Shown: positions 28,911 to 38,963, counted from the stretch's first letter. The stretch: DNA of 64,000 nt from an uncultured bacterium (GCA_963705705.1 CAVPKK010000001.1:39421-103420), one strand, 5' to 3'. Made by a program: numbers and translations. Notes: generated by a model from the sequence alone, not told the origin.

Positions 28911-29717
28911 TCAAACATCGTAACCCGTAAGCACATCACGCATAATTATGAGTCGCACTAATCGCTCTTGCGCTATGGGAACCATGCGAATATCAAAGCC
29001 CACAAGCCAGCGGGTGAGCGCATTGCTGCCTTGCCAGCCAATGTAGGTTTGCAATTGGCAAATGCGTTCATTAACTGCCTGTAATACCCTATCAATTGGT
29101 GTTGCAGGCGAAGCTCTTTTTATAACATCTGGTGAAGAAAAGTAAGATGCAATAACTTGTGTGGCCATATCTTTTTCTGGCATTTTCTTAATTGATGATA
29201 ATGAAGCTTCGTGTTTCCAATTAATAATATCATCCTGATGCATTGCACGGGAAATTTGTGAAAGCTCGCGTCGAGCACTTACAATAGTATACAAGAGCGC
29301 AGCTCCTCCCAAGCCAGTAGCAGCCATGTATCGGCGGAAGCGCTTCATAGTTGCCGATTGTTCCCGCTCAGCAAAATCATTGGATAAGGTTGTCTCAATC
29401 TGCGCTTTATCGGCTGAGTATTGACTCTCAATCCGTGCAATTTTTGCGGCATATTCCACCGCCATCGACCTTCTTACTCCTTCAAGCGCTTCACTCATTC
29501 GTTGATCATGCAGTGCTTTTAGTTCGGCAGCTTCTTTCTGCGCGGCAGCAACCCTATCATTTGCCTCCGCTTGAATTGCCTTTATTCGCCCACTAAAGTT
29601 TGACCAGGTTTGTGCCTGCTCTGGCGTAGTTAATACAATCGGCAAGTTAGCCGTCTGTTCGGCGGCCCATAAAGCCCCATTCCCTATAAGAAAGATGATC
29701 AAAATTCTAAAAATCAT
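28911..29717 (-). CDS. Hypothetical secreted or membrane protein with coiled coil
   Basis: Signal peptide, A/E-rich helix, one TM-like segment. Confidence 0.68.
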   Translation of the reverse strand: MIFRILIIFLIGNGALWAAEQTANLPIVLTTPEQAQTWSNFSGRIKAIQAEANDRVAAAQKEAAELKALHDQRMSEALEGVRRSMAVEYAAKIARIESQYSADKAQIETTLSNDFAEREQSATMKRFRRYMAATGLGGAALLYTIVSARRELSQISRAMHQDDIINWKHEASLSSIKKMPEKDMATQVIASYFSSPDVIKRASPATPIDRVLQAVNERICQLQTYIGWQGSNALTRWLVGFDIRMVPIAQERLVRLIIMRDVLTGYDV

Positions 29718-29799
29718 AATAAAATACCTTATCTTGACTTAATCTATCTTGGATCTTACCATTCCGATCAGTTAAAAATAAACATTTGGTAGGATTTAT

Positions 29800-30486
29800 A
29801 TGAAAAAAATAGTATTTGCTTTGCTATTTCTTCTGCAGAGCGTTTATATATTCTCGATGTTTAAAGAATCAGAATATGTGATTGCATTAAGCGGTATGGA
29901 ACCCAAAGCGCTGCCAAAGAAACTCAGTCAATTAGACATCAATGAACAGGCAATCGATAATCTCGCCTTTTATCAATGTAAAGGCTATTTAGCCTTCCTC
30001 GTCCGGCAGCTTACTCAATCCCAACATCAAATATTAATAACTGCACAAGATGAGCAAGCGTTTCGCAGCGGCAATTTTTCAGTGCTTGGGCTGGATATAT
30101 GCGGAGATGGAAATCTTAAAGATCCTGCAACATCGACGCGCGATCTAGGATGGTATGCGCTGAGCAATAATGCCCAAGGAATAATTTCAAGAAAAAAGTT
30201 AGAGCCCACCGGGCCTGATGGGTCTGATCAAAATTCTACGCGCGATTGGTGGATTAAATTTGTAACGGTTCGCAATGCCATTGATGTAATAAAACGTTCC
30301 GAATCACCTGATGCCAATGCGCAGCTGCGAGCCCTTATCGATACCGCAGGACCAGTTTTTGATAGTGTGCACAGTATTGATATCGCACATACTAATGCCA
30401 TTAGATCTCTTTCAGGAATCGTAAGCTGCTATTATGAGCATACGCCTCCTCCATCAAAAAAAGAAAGTAGCTGCATTATTTCTTAA
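29800..30486 (+). CDS. Secreted hypothetical protein ending in CaaX box CIIS
   Basis: AGGA RBS; signal MKKIVFALLFLLQSVYIFS; C-terminus PPPSKKESSCIIS*. Confidence 0.75.
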   Translation: MKKIVFALLFLLQSVYIFSMFKESEYVIALSGMEPKALPKKLSQLDINEQAIDNLAFYQCKGYLAFLVRQLTQSQHQILITAQDEQAFRSGNFSVLGLDICGDGNLKDPATSTRDLGWYALSNNAQGIISRKKLEPTGPDGSDQNSTRDWWIKFVTVRNAIDVIKRSESPDANAQLRALIDTAGPVFDSVHSIDIAHTNAIRSLSGIVSCYYEHTPPPSKKESSCIIS

Positions 30487-30500
30487 GGAAAGAAATTAAT

Positions 30501-31445
30501 ATGAAGAAATTACTATTTATACTGACCGTTTTTTCCTCTTACCTGTATTCAATGGATCCTAAAGTCATGCCTGGCCCTTGGTGCGTACTATTTAATAAAT
30601 TCAAGCCAAAGGTTATACGGCATGCTAATTTTCATGAATGTTGGGCGGGATACGGATGTGATGACAAATCCAAGCATAGCCTGAATCTGTTTGCGCTCGA
30701 TAATGATTATGCACTTCCCATAGCTAATGCCACGGTTGAGGGAAGGGAATGCCAAACCATATTGGTTGCAGCTGAAAACCAGCATCAATATGAGGCCGAT
30801 AATTATCAGATTGTTGTTTTAAAAGCGCCCGCATCAAAAAAATGGCGACGCGCAACAAAATATCCCACGCCGCATAACGATGACGATTCGGAAGCACCAG
30901 AGCGAACACCGGTAGTTTACAGCACCTTGTGGGAAAAAGCGTATGTGAATGATGATACCGGTACCTCTAACGATCAACCCAATAATAGAACAGAATGGGT
31001 AACGGCAGCTGACTGGGTTAAATGGGCAGTTGTTAGCGAACCAGATATCATGCAAACTGAACTTACTAACTGGGATAAACCAGCGCTTGAACGGCTTGCA
31101 TTGCTTAAAAAGGCTACTGCTCGAGCAGCATTATTTTGCTATATCAACCAAAAGCTACATCCTGATGATCCAGCTTTTATTAATACGCGCTACCAAAATG
31201 AAATCAGAAATCTTGAGGGCCTTGGCCGCGTGTTGATTCAATTCCATCCCAATGATTTCCCTGCTCGACAAGCCGCACAAGTTGGCGCAATTTTTGCCGT
31301 AGCTGGCGGAGCGATTGCCGGCCCCCCAGGAGCTCTTATTGGGGGCGCGCTAGGTGCCGTTAATGGCTACTACTCAATTACCAAAACTGTAGTAGATGAG
31401 GATGAAGATAGATTTGAAAGATGTGCTAACATTTTAAATATATAG
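30501..31445 (+). CDS. Secreted hypothetical protein, distant paralog of 29800..30486, with C-terminal glycine zipper
   Basis: TILVAAENQHQYEADNYQIV vs QILITAQDEQAFRSGNFSV; ADWVKWAVV vs RDWWIKFVTV; GAIAGPPGALIGGALG. Confidence 0.7.
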   Translation: MKKLLFILTVFSSYLYSMDPKVMPGPWCVLFNKFKPKVIRHANFHECWAGYGCDDKSKHSLNLFALDNDYALPIANATVEGRECQTILVAAENQHQYEADNYQIVVLKAPASKKWRRATKYPTPHNDDDSEAPERTPVVYSTLWEKAYVNDDTGTSNDQPNNRTEWVTAADWVKWAVVSEPDIMQTELTNWDKPALERLALLKKATARAALFCYINQKLHPDDPAFINTRYQNEIRNLEGLGRVLIQFHPNDFPARQAAQVGAIFAVAGGAIAGPPGALIGGALGAVNGYYSITKTVVDEDEDRFERCANILNI

Positions 31446-31470
31446 AATTTTTTCATCGAGGGCCGATAAA

Positions 31471-32457
31471 ATGCGCAAGCAGGTGGTACGTTTATGGTTT
31501 CTCTTCACTTTACTATCGTATGCAGCACCACAACAAGCAGGTATATTCGACATCCCTATTTGGGCAGTAAAAGCAGAAACTGGATTCGCTGAGAAGTTAG
31601 AACTTCTAACCGAAGAGCAAATCGCGATTATGAAGGAAGTAGCAGAAGTGCTCCCGACATCTATACAACAATTTATACTCGCTCCGCTTCTCGATCTGAG
31701 TCTTACAGCCCCACTTGTATTCACACGGGCCAATGCAATCCCGCGTTCTCCGAGCAATATTGCACCCACCCATCACTCTTCCCACTGGCCTGCCCTATAT
31801 TTTTGCGATCCGATAATCAGCCCTGATGGTTCAAAAATTTTAATTCCAACTCGCGATGGACTAGAAGTACGTCGGCGAGAAGCTGGTATATCAATAGATG
31901 ATGCGGTTTTTTTACTCGCAATTCCCGATGAAAAATCGCCCAATGATCTTCCGTCCTGGAGCGCAGATGGCACCAAAATCATGTATCGCGATCATATGTA
32001 TGATATTGGTCATGAGCCAGTTCGACATTTCATGGAGCATAAGCTAACGCTCAAGCAGTATTTCTTTCTCAATATTCTCGCTCAGCATGGTGCACATGAT
32101 CCAATAGATCCATTGCATCCGCATCCGGCCCTATCATCTGCAGAGCTTGATGAGATATTGAATTCATTCGATCCAAAAGTTAGACAGCACTTACTGAATC
32201 ATCCCGTGCTTTCTCGTTACCCGCGCAATAATAATAGGAATCTTATCTATTGCGCTGCCGCAGTAAGCATTGCATTGCTCGCATACAAATATAACGTGCA
32301 TGAATGGATCGATGATATTGTAGAAAAAATAAAATTAAAAATTGGATTTGACGCTGTCAATGAAGAAGAAGCCAACCCCAAAGAATCTCATGAATGGCCA
32401 TTTGCGATCGCGGACGAACAAACAACAGCTATTCATACGAATCGGATAGGTCCTTGA
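31471..32457 (+). CDS. Hypothetical protein with PD40/TolB-like beta-propeller fragments
   Basis: PIISPDGSKILI and PSWSADGTKIMY motifs; signal-like N-terminus and a C-terminal TM segment. Confidence 0.62.
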   Translation: MRKQVVRLWFLFTLLSYAAPQQAGIFDIPIWAVKAETGFAEKLELLTEEQIAIMKEVAEVLPTSIQQFILAPLLDLSLTAPLVFTRANAIPRSPSNIAPTHHSSHWPALYFCDPIISPDGSKILIPTRDGLEVRRREAGISIDDAVFLLAIPDEKSPNDLPSWSADGTKIMYRDHMYDIGHEPVRHFMEHKLTLKQYFFLNILAQHGAHDPIDPLHPHPALSSAELDEILNSFDPKVRQHLLNHPVLSRYPRNNNRNLIYCAAAVSIALLAYKYNVHEWIDDIVEKIKLKIGFDAVNEEEANPKESHEWPFAIADEQTTAIHTNRIGP

Positions 32458-32977
32458 GCAGCTCAATCAACTTCTTACGATCAACAACAATAATGTATGG
32501 TGGGTTACTACCTGATGTTTTAATTACATATGCTTCATATAATGTATGCAGCAATGTTGATGCCACCGTATCAGTGTCTATATTCTCTAAGGCTTTGTTC
32601 AATTGATAGTGCAAAATAACTGATGCATACCAATCACGCAGTTCATGCACGGGCAATATAAACGACCAATCGCCGAAGGCTCCATTCTCCGCAAAGTTTT
32701 CGATATCTGCAAGCGCCCGATACAATGCCCTATATTCTGCCACGAGCGACTGTTTTGCAGCATCCATATAAGTGCCACGACAATTTTTTTGTTCTTCTTT
32801 AAGTAATGATGCATGGAGGGTAAGAATAGATTGCGGCAATGTGGCGTCATAATCATGAATGCGCAACCAAACAAGCTGCTCGGGTGGATAAAGCGATGTA
32901 TCAAGCTCTGTGGCATGCACAAGCTTTACAATAAGAGAAGCCAATAGAAGTAAAAATAATACAAGTCGCTTTTCCAT
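32429..32977 (-). CDS. Hypothetical secreted protein
   Basis: AGGAG RBS; signal MEKRLVLFLLLLASLIVKLVHA. Confidence 0.7.
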   Translation of the reverse strand: MEKRLVLFLLLLASLIVKLVHATELDTSLYPPEQLVWLRIHDYDATLPQSILTLHASLLKEEQKNCRGTYMDAAKQSLVAEYRALYRALADIENFAENGAFGDWSFILPVHELRDWYASVILHYQLNKALENIDTDTVASTLLHTLYEAYVIKTSGSNPPYIIVVDRKKLIELLKDLSDSYE

Positions 32978-33047
32978 ACCACTCTCCTAGATATATTCGT
33001 AGCCATCTTTAGACTAGGCGCATCAAAAAATTTCTGCAAGATACACT

Positions 33048-35378
33048 ATGACAACCTCATTCAAAAAGTTTTTTGCCACGCAACTTAATCCTGCACAGCA
33101 GCAAGCGGTCACGCATGAAAAAGGACCGTTATTAGTTATTGCCGGTGCTGGCTCAGGCAAAACTCGCGTAATCACTGCGCGCATAGTACATCTTATTACT
33201 GAACAAGATGTATTGCCTACCTCAATTATAGCGCTCACATTTACCAATAAAGCTGCGCAAGAGATGCGGGGACGCATTACAAATTTTTTATCTGATACAC
33301 CAATATTACCATTCATTGGTACCTTCCATTCCTACTGTTTGCAGCTGCTCAAGATCAATGCGCACTATCTCCCATTTTCTCCTTTTACTATTATGGATGC
33401 CGATGACCAACTCAAACTCATCAGCAGCATTGTTAATCGCATGCATGTAGGCAAAAAAGTTTCGGCAAAACAAATTGCGTATCATATTTCCAACATCAAA
33501 AATAATGCCTTGGAAAAGCACAATGATCCGCTAGTTCGTAAAGTATTTGAGCAATACGAGGCAGAAAAGAAGGCAAGCCATTGTTTTGATTTCGATGATT
33601 TATTGCTCGAAACGCTACGCGTTTTCAAAAAGCATCCAGATTTCAAAGCACAGTTCCAGGCACGCGTGCGCCATATATTGGTAGATGAATATCAAGATAC
33701 TAACCTCACGCAGCATGAGCTGCTCAAAGAGATGGCGCTGGCAAAAAAGAAATTTATTATCGATTCACTCTGCGCAGTTGGTGATGAAGATCAATCCATC
33801 TATTCATGGCGCGGCGCCACGGTTGAGAATATGCTCAACTTCAAAAAAGATTTTACGCCAACCACCACCGTAACTATCGATCAAAACTACCGCTCCGTGC
33901 AGCCAATTTTGGATAGCGCCAATCATGTGATTAAAAACAATCAGAAGCGCAACCCCAAAAATTTATGGTCTACTAAAAAAGGTAGTGATCGCATTCGGCT
34001 ATTAACAGCCATTTCCGGATTCCAAGAAGCCGAAGCAGTCGCCCATGCATTACGATCCTTACAAGCAAATAAAATTCCACTGACGCAAGCGGCGATATTA
34101 TATCGTGCTCATTATCAATCACGAGTACTTGAAGAAGCGCTCATTAAAAATTCGATCGCTTACCGCATCATTGGCGGCATTCAGTTCTATGAACGATCTG
34201 AAGTTAAAGATCTTCTTGCCTACCTTAAATTACTTACCAATCCATTTGATCGCGTTTCATTCTTCCGTGTTGTTAACACACCATCGCGCGGATTGGGTGA
34301 AAAGTTTGAGGAGCAATTGTATGAAAAGTGGCAAAGCACAAGCAATGTTACCGCAGAAAACGAGTTCTCCTCGGGCGCAGGGCGGGCACTTCCTTTCCAA
34401 GATATTTGCAAACAGATGCTCGCGGGCACTGAGTTAACCAAAACAAAAAAGGCTGGCCTTGAAAAATTCTTGGCCGTATTTGATGGGTTCACCCACAAAA
34501 GCCCTCCTTTGGCTACATTAGAACATGTTATTAAGGCAACCAGTTACGGCGAATATATAAAAAATACCCTCGATCAAGAAGAAGCGCAGGTAAAATTAGA
34601 AAACATCAAAGAGCTTCTTTCGGCCGTTAATCATTTCCAGTCGCAAGGCCTCACTACTATTGAAGCATTCCTGAATGAAGTTACCTTGATGCAAGAAAAG
34701 ACCAATGCAAAAGATGATAAGCATGAACGTGTGCAATTAATGACCTTACATGCAGCCAAAGGTCTGGAATTTAATACCGTTATTATCACCAGCCTGGAAG
34801 AAGGCATACTGCCAAGTGGTCACTCTATTGGCGGCGATGGGGATATAGAAGAAGAGCGCCGGCTTATGTACGTTGGCATCACCCGCGCTGAAGAACGATT
34901 ATTGCTTACCAACGCTCGGTTCCGTTCCATCTATGGCCAATTGGATATGAAAAAGCCATCGAGATTTTTGGAAGAAATTCCTCAAAACTTATTGCGCGCT
35001 GATGATTGTTCAAACTGGCATGCACCACAATTTAGTAGATACTTCAGCCAGTGGTTAGGTGGTGTTGGGCCGCAAGAGATAACGTCTGATGTTTACATAC
35101 CTGCGTATAAGTCTGCCTCGCATGTTAATACGCCAGCCCCATCTAAATCTTTTTCGATTGCCGACTCTAGTTCTAGAAAAAAAGCTAAGTCTGATACAGA
35201 AGAATTGGAACCTAGTTCATCATCTGCTTGGAAGAAAAACCAACCGGTAAAGCACGCCACATTCGGCCTTGGAATTATCCAGCTTATTGAAAAGAAATCA
35301 CCAACTTTGATTCATATCACGGCACAATTCAAAGTCGGACTCAAGAAAATCGATGCAAAATTCTTACAGCCAGTGTAA
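33048..35378 (+). CDS. uvrD: ATP-dependent DNA helicase UvrD/PcrA
   Basis: AGAGSGKT, FTNKAA, VDEYQD, VGDEDQSIY, QNYRS, TLHAAKGLEF, EERRLMYVGITRA; C-terminal V.H..FG.G domain. Confidence 0.96.
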   Translation: MTTSFKKFFATQLNPAQQQAVTHEKGPLLVIAGAGSGKTRVITARIVHLITEQDVLPTSIIALTFTNKAAQEMRGRITNFLSDTPILPFIGTFHSYCLQLLKINAHYLPFSPFTIMDADDQLKLISSIVNRMHVGKKVSAKQIAYHISNIKNNALEKHNDPLVRKVFEQYEAEKKASHCFDFDDLLLETLRVFKKHPDFKAQFQARVRHILVDEYQDTNLTQHELLKEMALAKKKFIIDSLCAVGDEDQSIYSWRGATVENMLNFKKDFTPTTTVTIDQNYRSVQPILDSANHVIKNNQKRNPKNLWSTKKGSDRIRLLTAISGFQEAEAVAHALRSLQANKIPLTQAAILYRAHYQSRVLEEALIKNSIAYRIIGGIQFYERSEVKDLLAYLKLLTNPFDRVSFFRVVNTPSRGLGEKFEEQLYEKWQSTSNVTAENEFSSGAGRALPFQDICKQMLAGTELTKTKKAGLEKFLAVFDGFTHKSPPLATLEHVIKATSYGEYIKNTLDQEEAQVKLENIKELLSAVNHFQSQGLTTIEAFLNEVTLMQEKTNAKDDKHERVQLMTLHAAKGLEFNTVIITSLEEGILPSGHSIGGDGDIEEERRLMYVGITRAEERLLLTNARFRSIYGQLDMKKPSRFLEEIPQNLLRADDCSNWHAPQFSRYFSQWLGGVGPQEITSDVYIPAYKSASHVNTPAPSKSFSIADSSSRKKAKSDTEELEPSSSSAWKKNQPVKHATFGLGIIQLIEKKSPTLIHITAQFKVGLKKIDAKFLQPV

Positions 35379-35396
35379 TGCTCTCATACACTAAAG

Positions 35397-35416
35397 GCCG
35401 GGTATCACTACCCGGC
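35397..35416. terminator. Hairpin between convergent genes
   Basis: GCCGGGTA-TCAC-TACCCGGC perfect inverted repeat. Confidence 0.5.
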
Positions 35417-36019
35417 TTCATTATCTTCCTCTTGAGAAGCAGCAATCTCTTCAATAAACATATTACTGTTCCCTGAAGTTGAAATTTTTGCGGCTAACGG
35501 CTTATCTTTATAGCGCAACCCTTTCGGATCCTGACACAATTTTTCAATATCAGCTGATTTATCTAATAACACATCATCACTGATTACAAATCCATTACTC
35601 AGACGCAGCCCTATTGGTGGCACAATAAAATAACCCTTTTTAGTGCGCACAATGAGAAAAGGCTTACCAAAAACTTTTGGATTTTCTCGAAGGTATGGCC
35701 CCTGCCAATTTTGCGGCTTCAACAAATGCATGGCGCCAACCTCGTCACCTACAAATTTTTGGACAGTTAAAAAGTCGATATAACTTTTCTGGTGCTCGAA
35801 TTCTACTATCGAGCATGATGTATCTATTCGTTCAAAAACAGCAGCTAATGCTTGTATATCTTGTGCTACCACTTCATCGGCAAACGTGCGTGACTCTCGC
35901 ACAAGGTTAAAAATGGCGATGGTGAAAAGAGAAATAAGAAGCAACGCCGTAAAAATGGGAAACCCATACCGCTTGATGAATAGCAGCAATTTTGGCGACA
36001 ATGATTGATTCTTACTCAC
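35408..36019 (-). CDS. Pseudopilin-like (GspG-like) membrane protein
   Basis: GTG start with AAGGAG RBS; YG|FPIFTALLLI hydrophobic helix, DIQALAA, NWQGPYL...P..FG.PF resembling GspG W.GPYL..P.DPWG..Y. Confidence 0.5.
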   Translation of the reverse strand: MSKNQSLSPKLLLFIKRYGFPIFTALLLISLFTIAIFNLVRESRTFADEVVAQDIQALAAVFERIDTSCSIVEFEHQKSYIDFLTVQKFVGDEVGAMHLLKPQNWQGPYLRENPKVFGKPFLIVRTKKGYFIVPPIGLRLSNGFVISDDVLLDKSADIEKLCQDPKGLRYKDKPLAAKISTSGNSNMFIEEIAASQEEDNEAG

Positions 36020-36064
36020 AATGACTCTCCTTTAATAAAATCATTGTAGCATAGCGATTAGTCA

Positions 36065-37042
36065 TTATTGAAGAGTTCGTGCTCGGATATTTAATTGCGC
36101 TTGATTATGGAGCGTTTTTTTAAACATATTTGTTATCGATGATAACCATCCGTGTATCGGTTTTTCTAGAAAAACAATTTTTCCAGGCACCTTGATACCC
36201 CGATCTTTAAATAGATGCTGCAAGACCACTTTGCTATCGGCCAATGAACCAAGGGCATCTATAAGCCCAATCGTACTCGCATATCGAGCCGTAAATAATT
36301 GGCCGTCGGCCCATTGGTCGGTAGTCGTAAGAGATAACTCTCGGGATTGGGCGATATCTCCGCAAATGGTTTGATACATATCATCGACCAAATTCTGCTC
36401 CATTTGCCGCTCATTATCATTCATAGGCCGCATTGCAATTTCAGCCATTTTATACGAACCGGCCTGGACGGTATCAGACTGCCATGTTCCCTGCATAATG
36501 CCGGCTCCTTCGAGCATAAAATATTGAGGATTGTCTAAATAAGCGTGCGGGTAAATAACCCCAATTCCTCCAACTTCAGCGCAGGGCGATGCAATAATCA
36601 GATCACAGGCGCTCGCAACATAGTAAGCGGCAGCACAACAATTTTTTTCAACAAACACCACGATCGGTTTTTTACGTTTTTGAATAATGAGTTCACGATG
36701 CAAAGCTGCTGCGGTACCCAAATTACCACCCGATGAATTAATAATGAGCAAAATAGCGTAGAATTGGCTACTATTGCTAAAGAATTCGATATCGCTCAAT
36801 AGTTCATCTAAATTTTCAATTTCGCCGGTAACCCGAATCAAACCAACGGCCGTATGGCTCAATATTCGCTCCGCACGCGCTCGCAGCCAAAGCATTGTTC
36901 CGGCAGTAAATATTGCACCAGTGGCAAGGCCAATTGTAAATTGACTTAAAAGGATAGAGGATAATGGCACAGGGGATTGTTGGTTGGCAAGGATAGGTGA
37001 TGAAATAAGAAGGCCAGCCAATAATAGTTTTGTTTTCATCAT
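36065..37042 (-). CDS. S49/SppA-family protein with degenerate active site
   Basis: INSSGG, KPIVVFV, YYVASACD.I.A, G(G)IGV, GSYK, WADG..FT...A...GLID. Confidence 0.8.
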   Translation of the reverse strand: MMKTKLLLAGLLISSPILANQQSPVPLSSILLSQFTIGLATGAIFTAGTMLWLRARAERILSHTAVGLIRVTGEIENLDELLSDIEFFSNSSQFYAILLIINSSGGNLGTAAALHRELIIQKRKKPIVVFVEKNCCAAAYYVASACDLIIASPCAEVGGIGVIYPHAYLDNPQYFMLEGAGIMQGTWQSDTVQAGSYKMAEIAMRPMNDNERQMEQNLVDDMYQTICGDIAQSRELSLTTTDQWADGQLFTARYASTIGLIDALGSLADSKVVLQHLFKDRGIKVPGKIVFLEKPIHGWLSSITNMFKKTLHNQAQLNIRARTLQ

Positions 37043-37196
37043 GAATCCCGTCTGATACTTTTGTTTTGACTCAGCTAGCCTAACAGGAAGGATCGCTGAT
37101 CTTCAAGCGGTTACCCTTTATTTGAGCATAACCCTTTTGCTGAGCGAGATATCACTGTTATGCTAGCATATGAATCAATCCCTTTAAGAAAAAAAT

Positions 37197-38963
37197 ATGA
37201 CACACAAACCGAAACCCAAAACATTCAAAAAATTTAAACCTAAGCATGATCAGCCGTTGGCTGATAAGAGCTTCCAACAAAAGGTAGCTGCAGCGGCAAA
37301 AGCCTTACGCGAGCTGGCCGGCGAAAGCGGCGGTCCACGTGGCCGTTTCCAGGAGACTGGGCCTTCATTCCCTGAGGTCAATATTAAGAAAAAGGTTCAG
37401 TCCCAGATACAAGAAGCCCTGGATCTCCAAAGCTATAAAGAGCTTTTTCCTATCGCCCGTGCCATTAAACGGACGCATACCTTATTAGTTGGCCCAACTA
37501 ATAGCGGTAAAACTTATCAGGCTCTCAACCTATTGAGCGGCTACAACTCTGGAGCCTATTTATCACCCTTACGGCTCCTAGCGCTCGAGGTACAAGAAGA
37601 GATCGAAAAACGGGGAAAGCCATGCTCGCTACTCACCGGTGAAGAACAGGATATTCGTGAGCACGCAACCTTTGTTTCTTCAACTATCGAGCTCCTGGCT
37701 CTTGAAAAAGAAATTGATGCGGTGCTCGTCGATGAAGCGCAATTATTGAGTGATCCAAAACGTGGTTGGGCATGGACACAAGCTATTGTTGGTGCACCAG
37801 CCAAGCATATAATCATGACTGCATCGCCCGAATCAATTCCTCTTATTAGATATTTGGTTGAGCGATATTTGGGCGAACCGTTGGAAATAATCGAAAAACA
37901 ACGGCATGGCGAACTACACTGTTTAAAAGAGCCGACGTTATTCCTCGAAGCATTAGAACCGGGCACAACTATTATCGCCTTCTCGCGCAAGAAAGTGCTT
38001 GCTATCAAGCAATATATTGAGCGCCGCGGGCGAAAAGTGAGTGTGTTATACGGTAATCTCAGCCCTTCGGCTCGACGGGAAGAGGCTCGCCGTTTTCGTG
38101 ATGGCGAAGCTGATCTATTAGTTGCTACCGATTGCATTGGTATGGGATTAAATCTGCCTATCAAAACGGTTATTTTTTCAACTGTTTCTAAATTTGATGG
38201 CACGCAACAACGCTATCTTCTACCGCAAGAAGTTAAACAAATTGCTGGTCGTGCGGGACGCTATGGTAAGTTCGATGGGGGTACCGTTGGTGCATTCATG
38301 AAGCATGATCTTAAATTCATCAATGAATATTTGCATGCGGCAATCACATTGCCCGATCATATAATGTTTTATATCGCACCCACGTTTGATCAGCTTACTC
38401 GTATTAAGGAACAAGTTGGTCGGCCAATCAATTTATTTGAGGCGATTTCGATCTTTAGCAAACTGCAATCAAATGACTTCACCAGCTTTGATCTTACTGA
38501 GGCTTTGGAGCTTGGTCACCGGATTGAAGATGATAAACTGCTTTCACATCTTTCAATGCAGGAAAAATATTCCTTTATTTTTGCCCCAGTCTCAAACAAT
38601 TCATTAATGGATTATTATTTATCCCACCTACGAAACTATGCGCAACAAATAGTCACGCGCTTGGCAGAAAAAGGGATTAAGCCACTCCTCGATCAGAAAT
38701 ACACAACGACCGATGAGGAATTACATTTAGCAGAGATGTATGTAAAAAAGCTGACGATTTATCGTTGGCTGGCACGTAAACAACCCAAAATGTTTCCTGA
38801 TCTTATTGATGCAGAAGAACTTTCGGACCAACTCAATACCTTTATTGAAGTATCATTAAAACAAAAAAACTTTTCTAAACGCTGCGCTCGCTGCAAACGT
38901 GAAATGAGCTTCCTGTGGCCGCATAAGCTATGTGATGAATGCTTTTTTGACGGTGGTAGATAA
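37197..38963 (+). CDS. SUV3-like superfamily 2 RNA helicase with C-terminal CxxC..CxxC
   Basis: GPTNSGKT, PLRLLA.E, LLTGEE, SSTIE, DEAQ, RGWAWT.A, ATD.IGMGLNL, KQIAGRAGR. Confidence 0.88.
   Translation: MTHKPKPKTFKKFKPKHDQPLADKSFQQKVAAAAKALRELAGESGGPRGRFQETGPSFPEVNIKKKVQSQIQEALDLQSYKELFPIARAIKRTHTLLVGPTNSGKTYQALNLLSGYNSGAYLSPLRLLALEVQEEIEKRGKPCSLLTGEEQDIREHATFVSSTIELLALEKEIDAVLVDEAQLLSDPKRGWAWTQAIVGAPAKHIIMTASPESIPLIRYLVERYLGEPLEIIEKQRHGELHCLKEPTLFLEALEPGTTIIAFSRKKVLAIKQYIERRGRKVSVLYGNLSPSARREEARRFRDGEADLLVATDCIGMGLNLPIKTVIFSTVSKFDGTQQRYLLPQEVKQIAGRAGRYGKFDGGTVGAFMKHDLKFINEYLHAAITLPDHIMFYIAPTFDQLTRIKEQVGRPINLFEAISIFSKLQSNDFTSFDLTEALELGHRIEDDKLLSHLSMQEKYSFIFAPVSNNSLMDYYLSHLRNYAQQIVTRLAEKGIKPLLDQKYTTTDEELHLAEMYVKKLTIYRWLARKQPKMFPDLIDAEELSDQLNTFIEVSLKQKNFSKRCARCKREMSFLWPHKLCDECFFDGGR

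Noticed and set aside
34330..34395. Apparent short insertion in UvrD as another repeat copy
   Set aside because: No match to the ATCCTTCGA/CTCAGGAT core; this region varies among UvrD proteins
37556..38203. 215-aa antisense ORF, representative of the many shadow ORFs in the track
   Set aside because: Lies fully antisense to a well-supported gene and has Ser-rich mirror-frame composition
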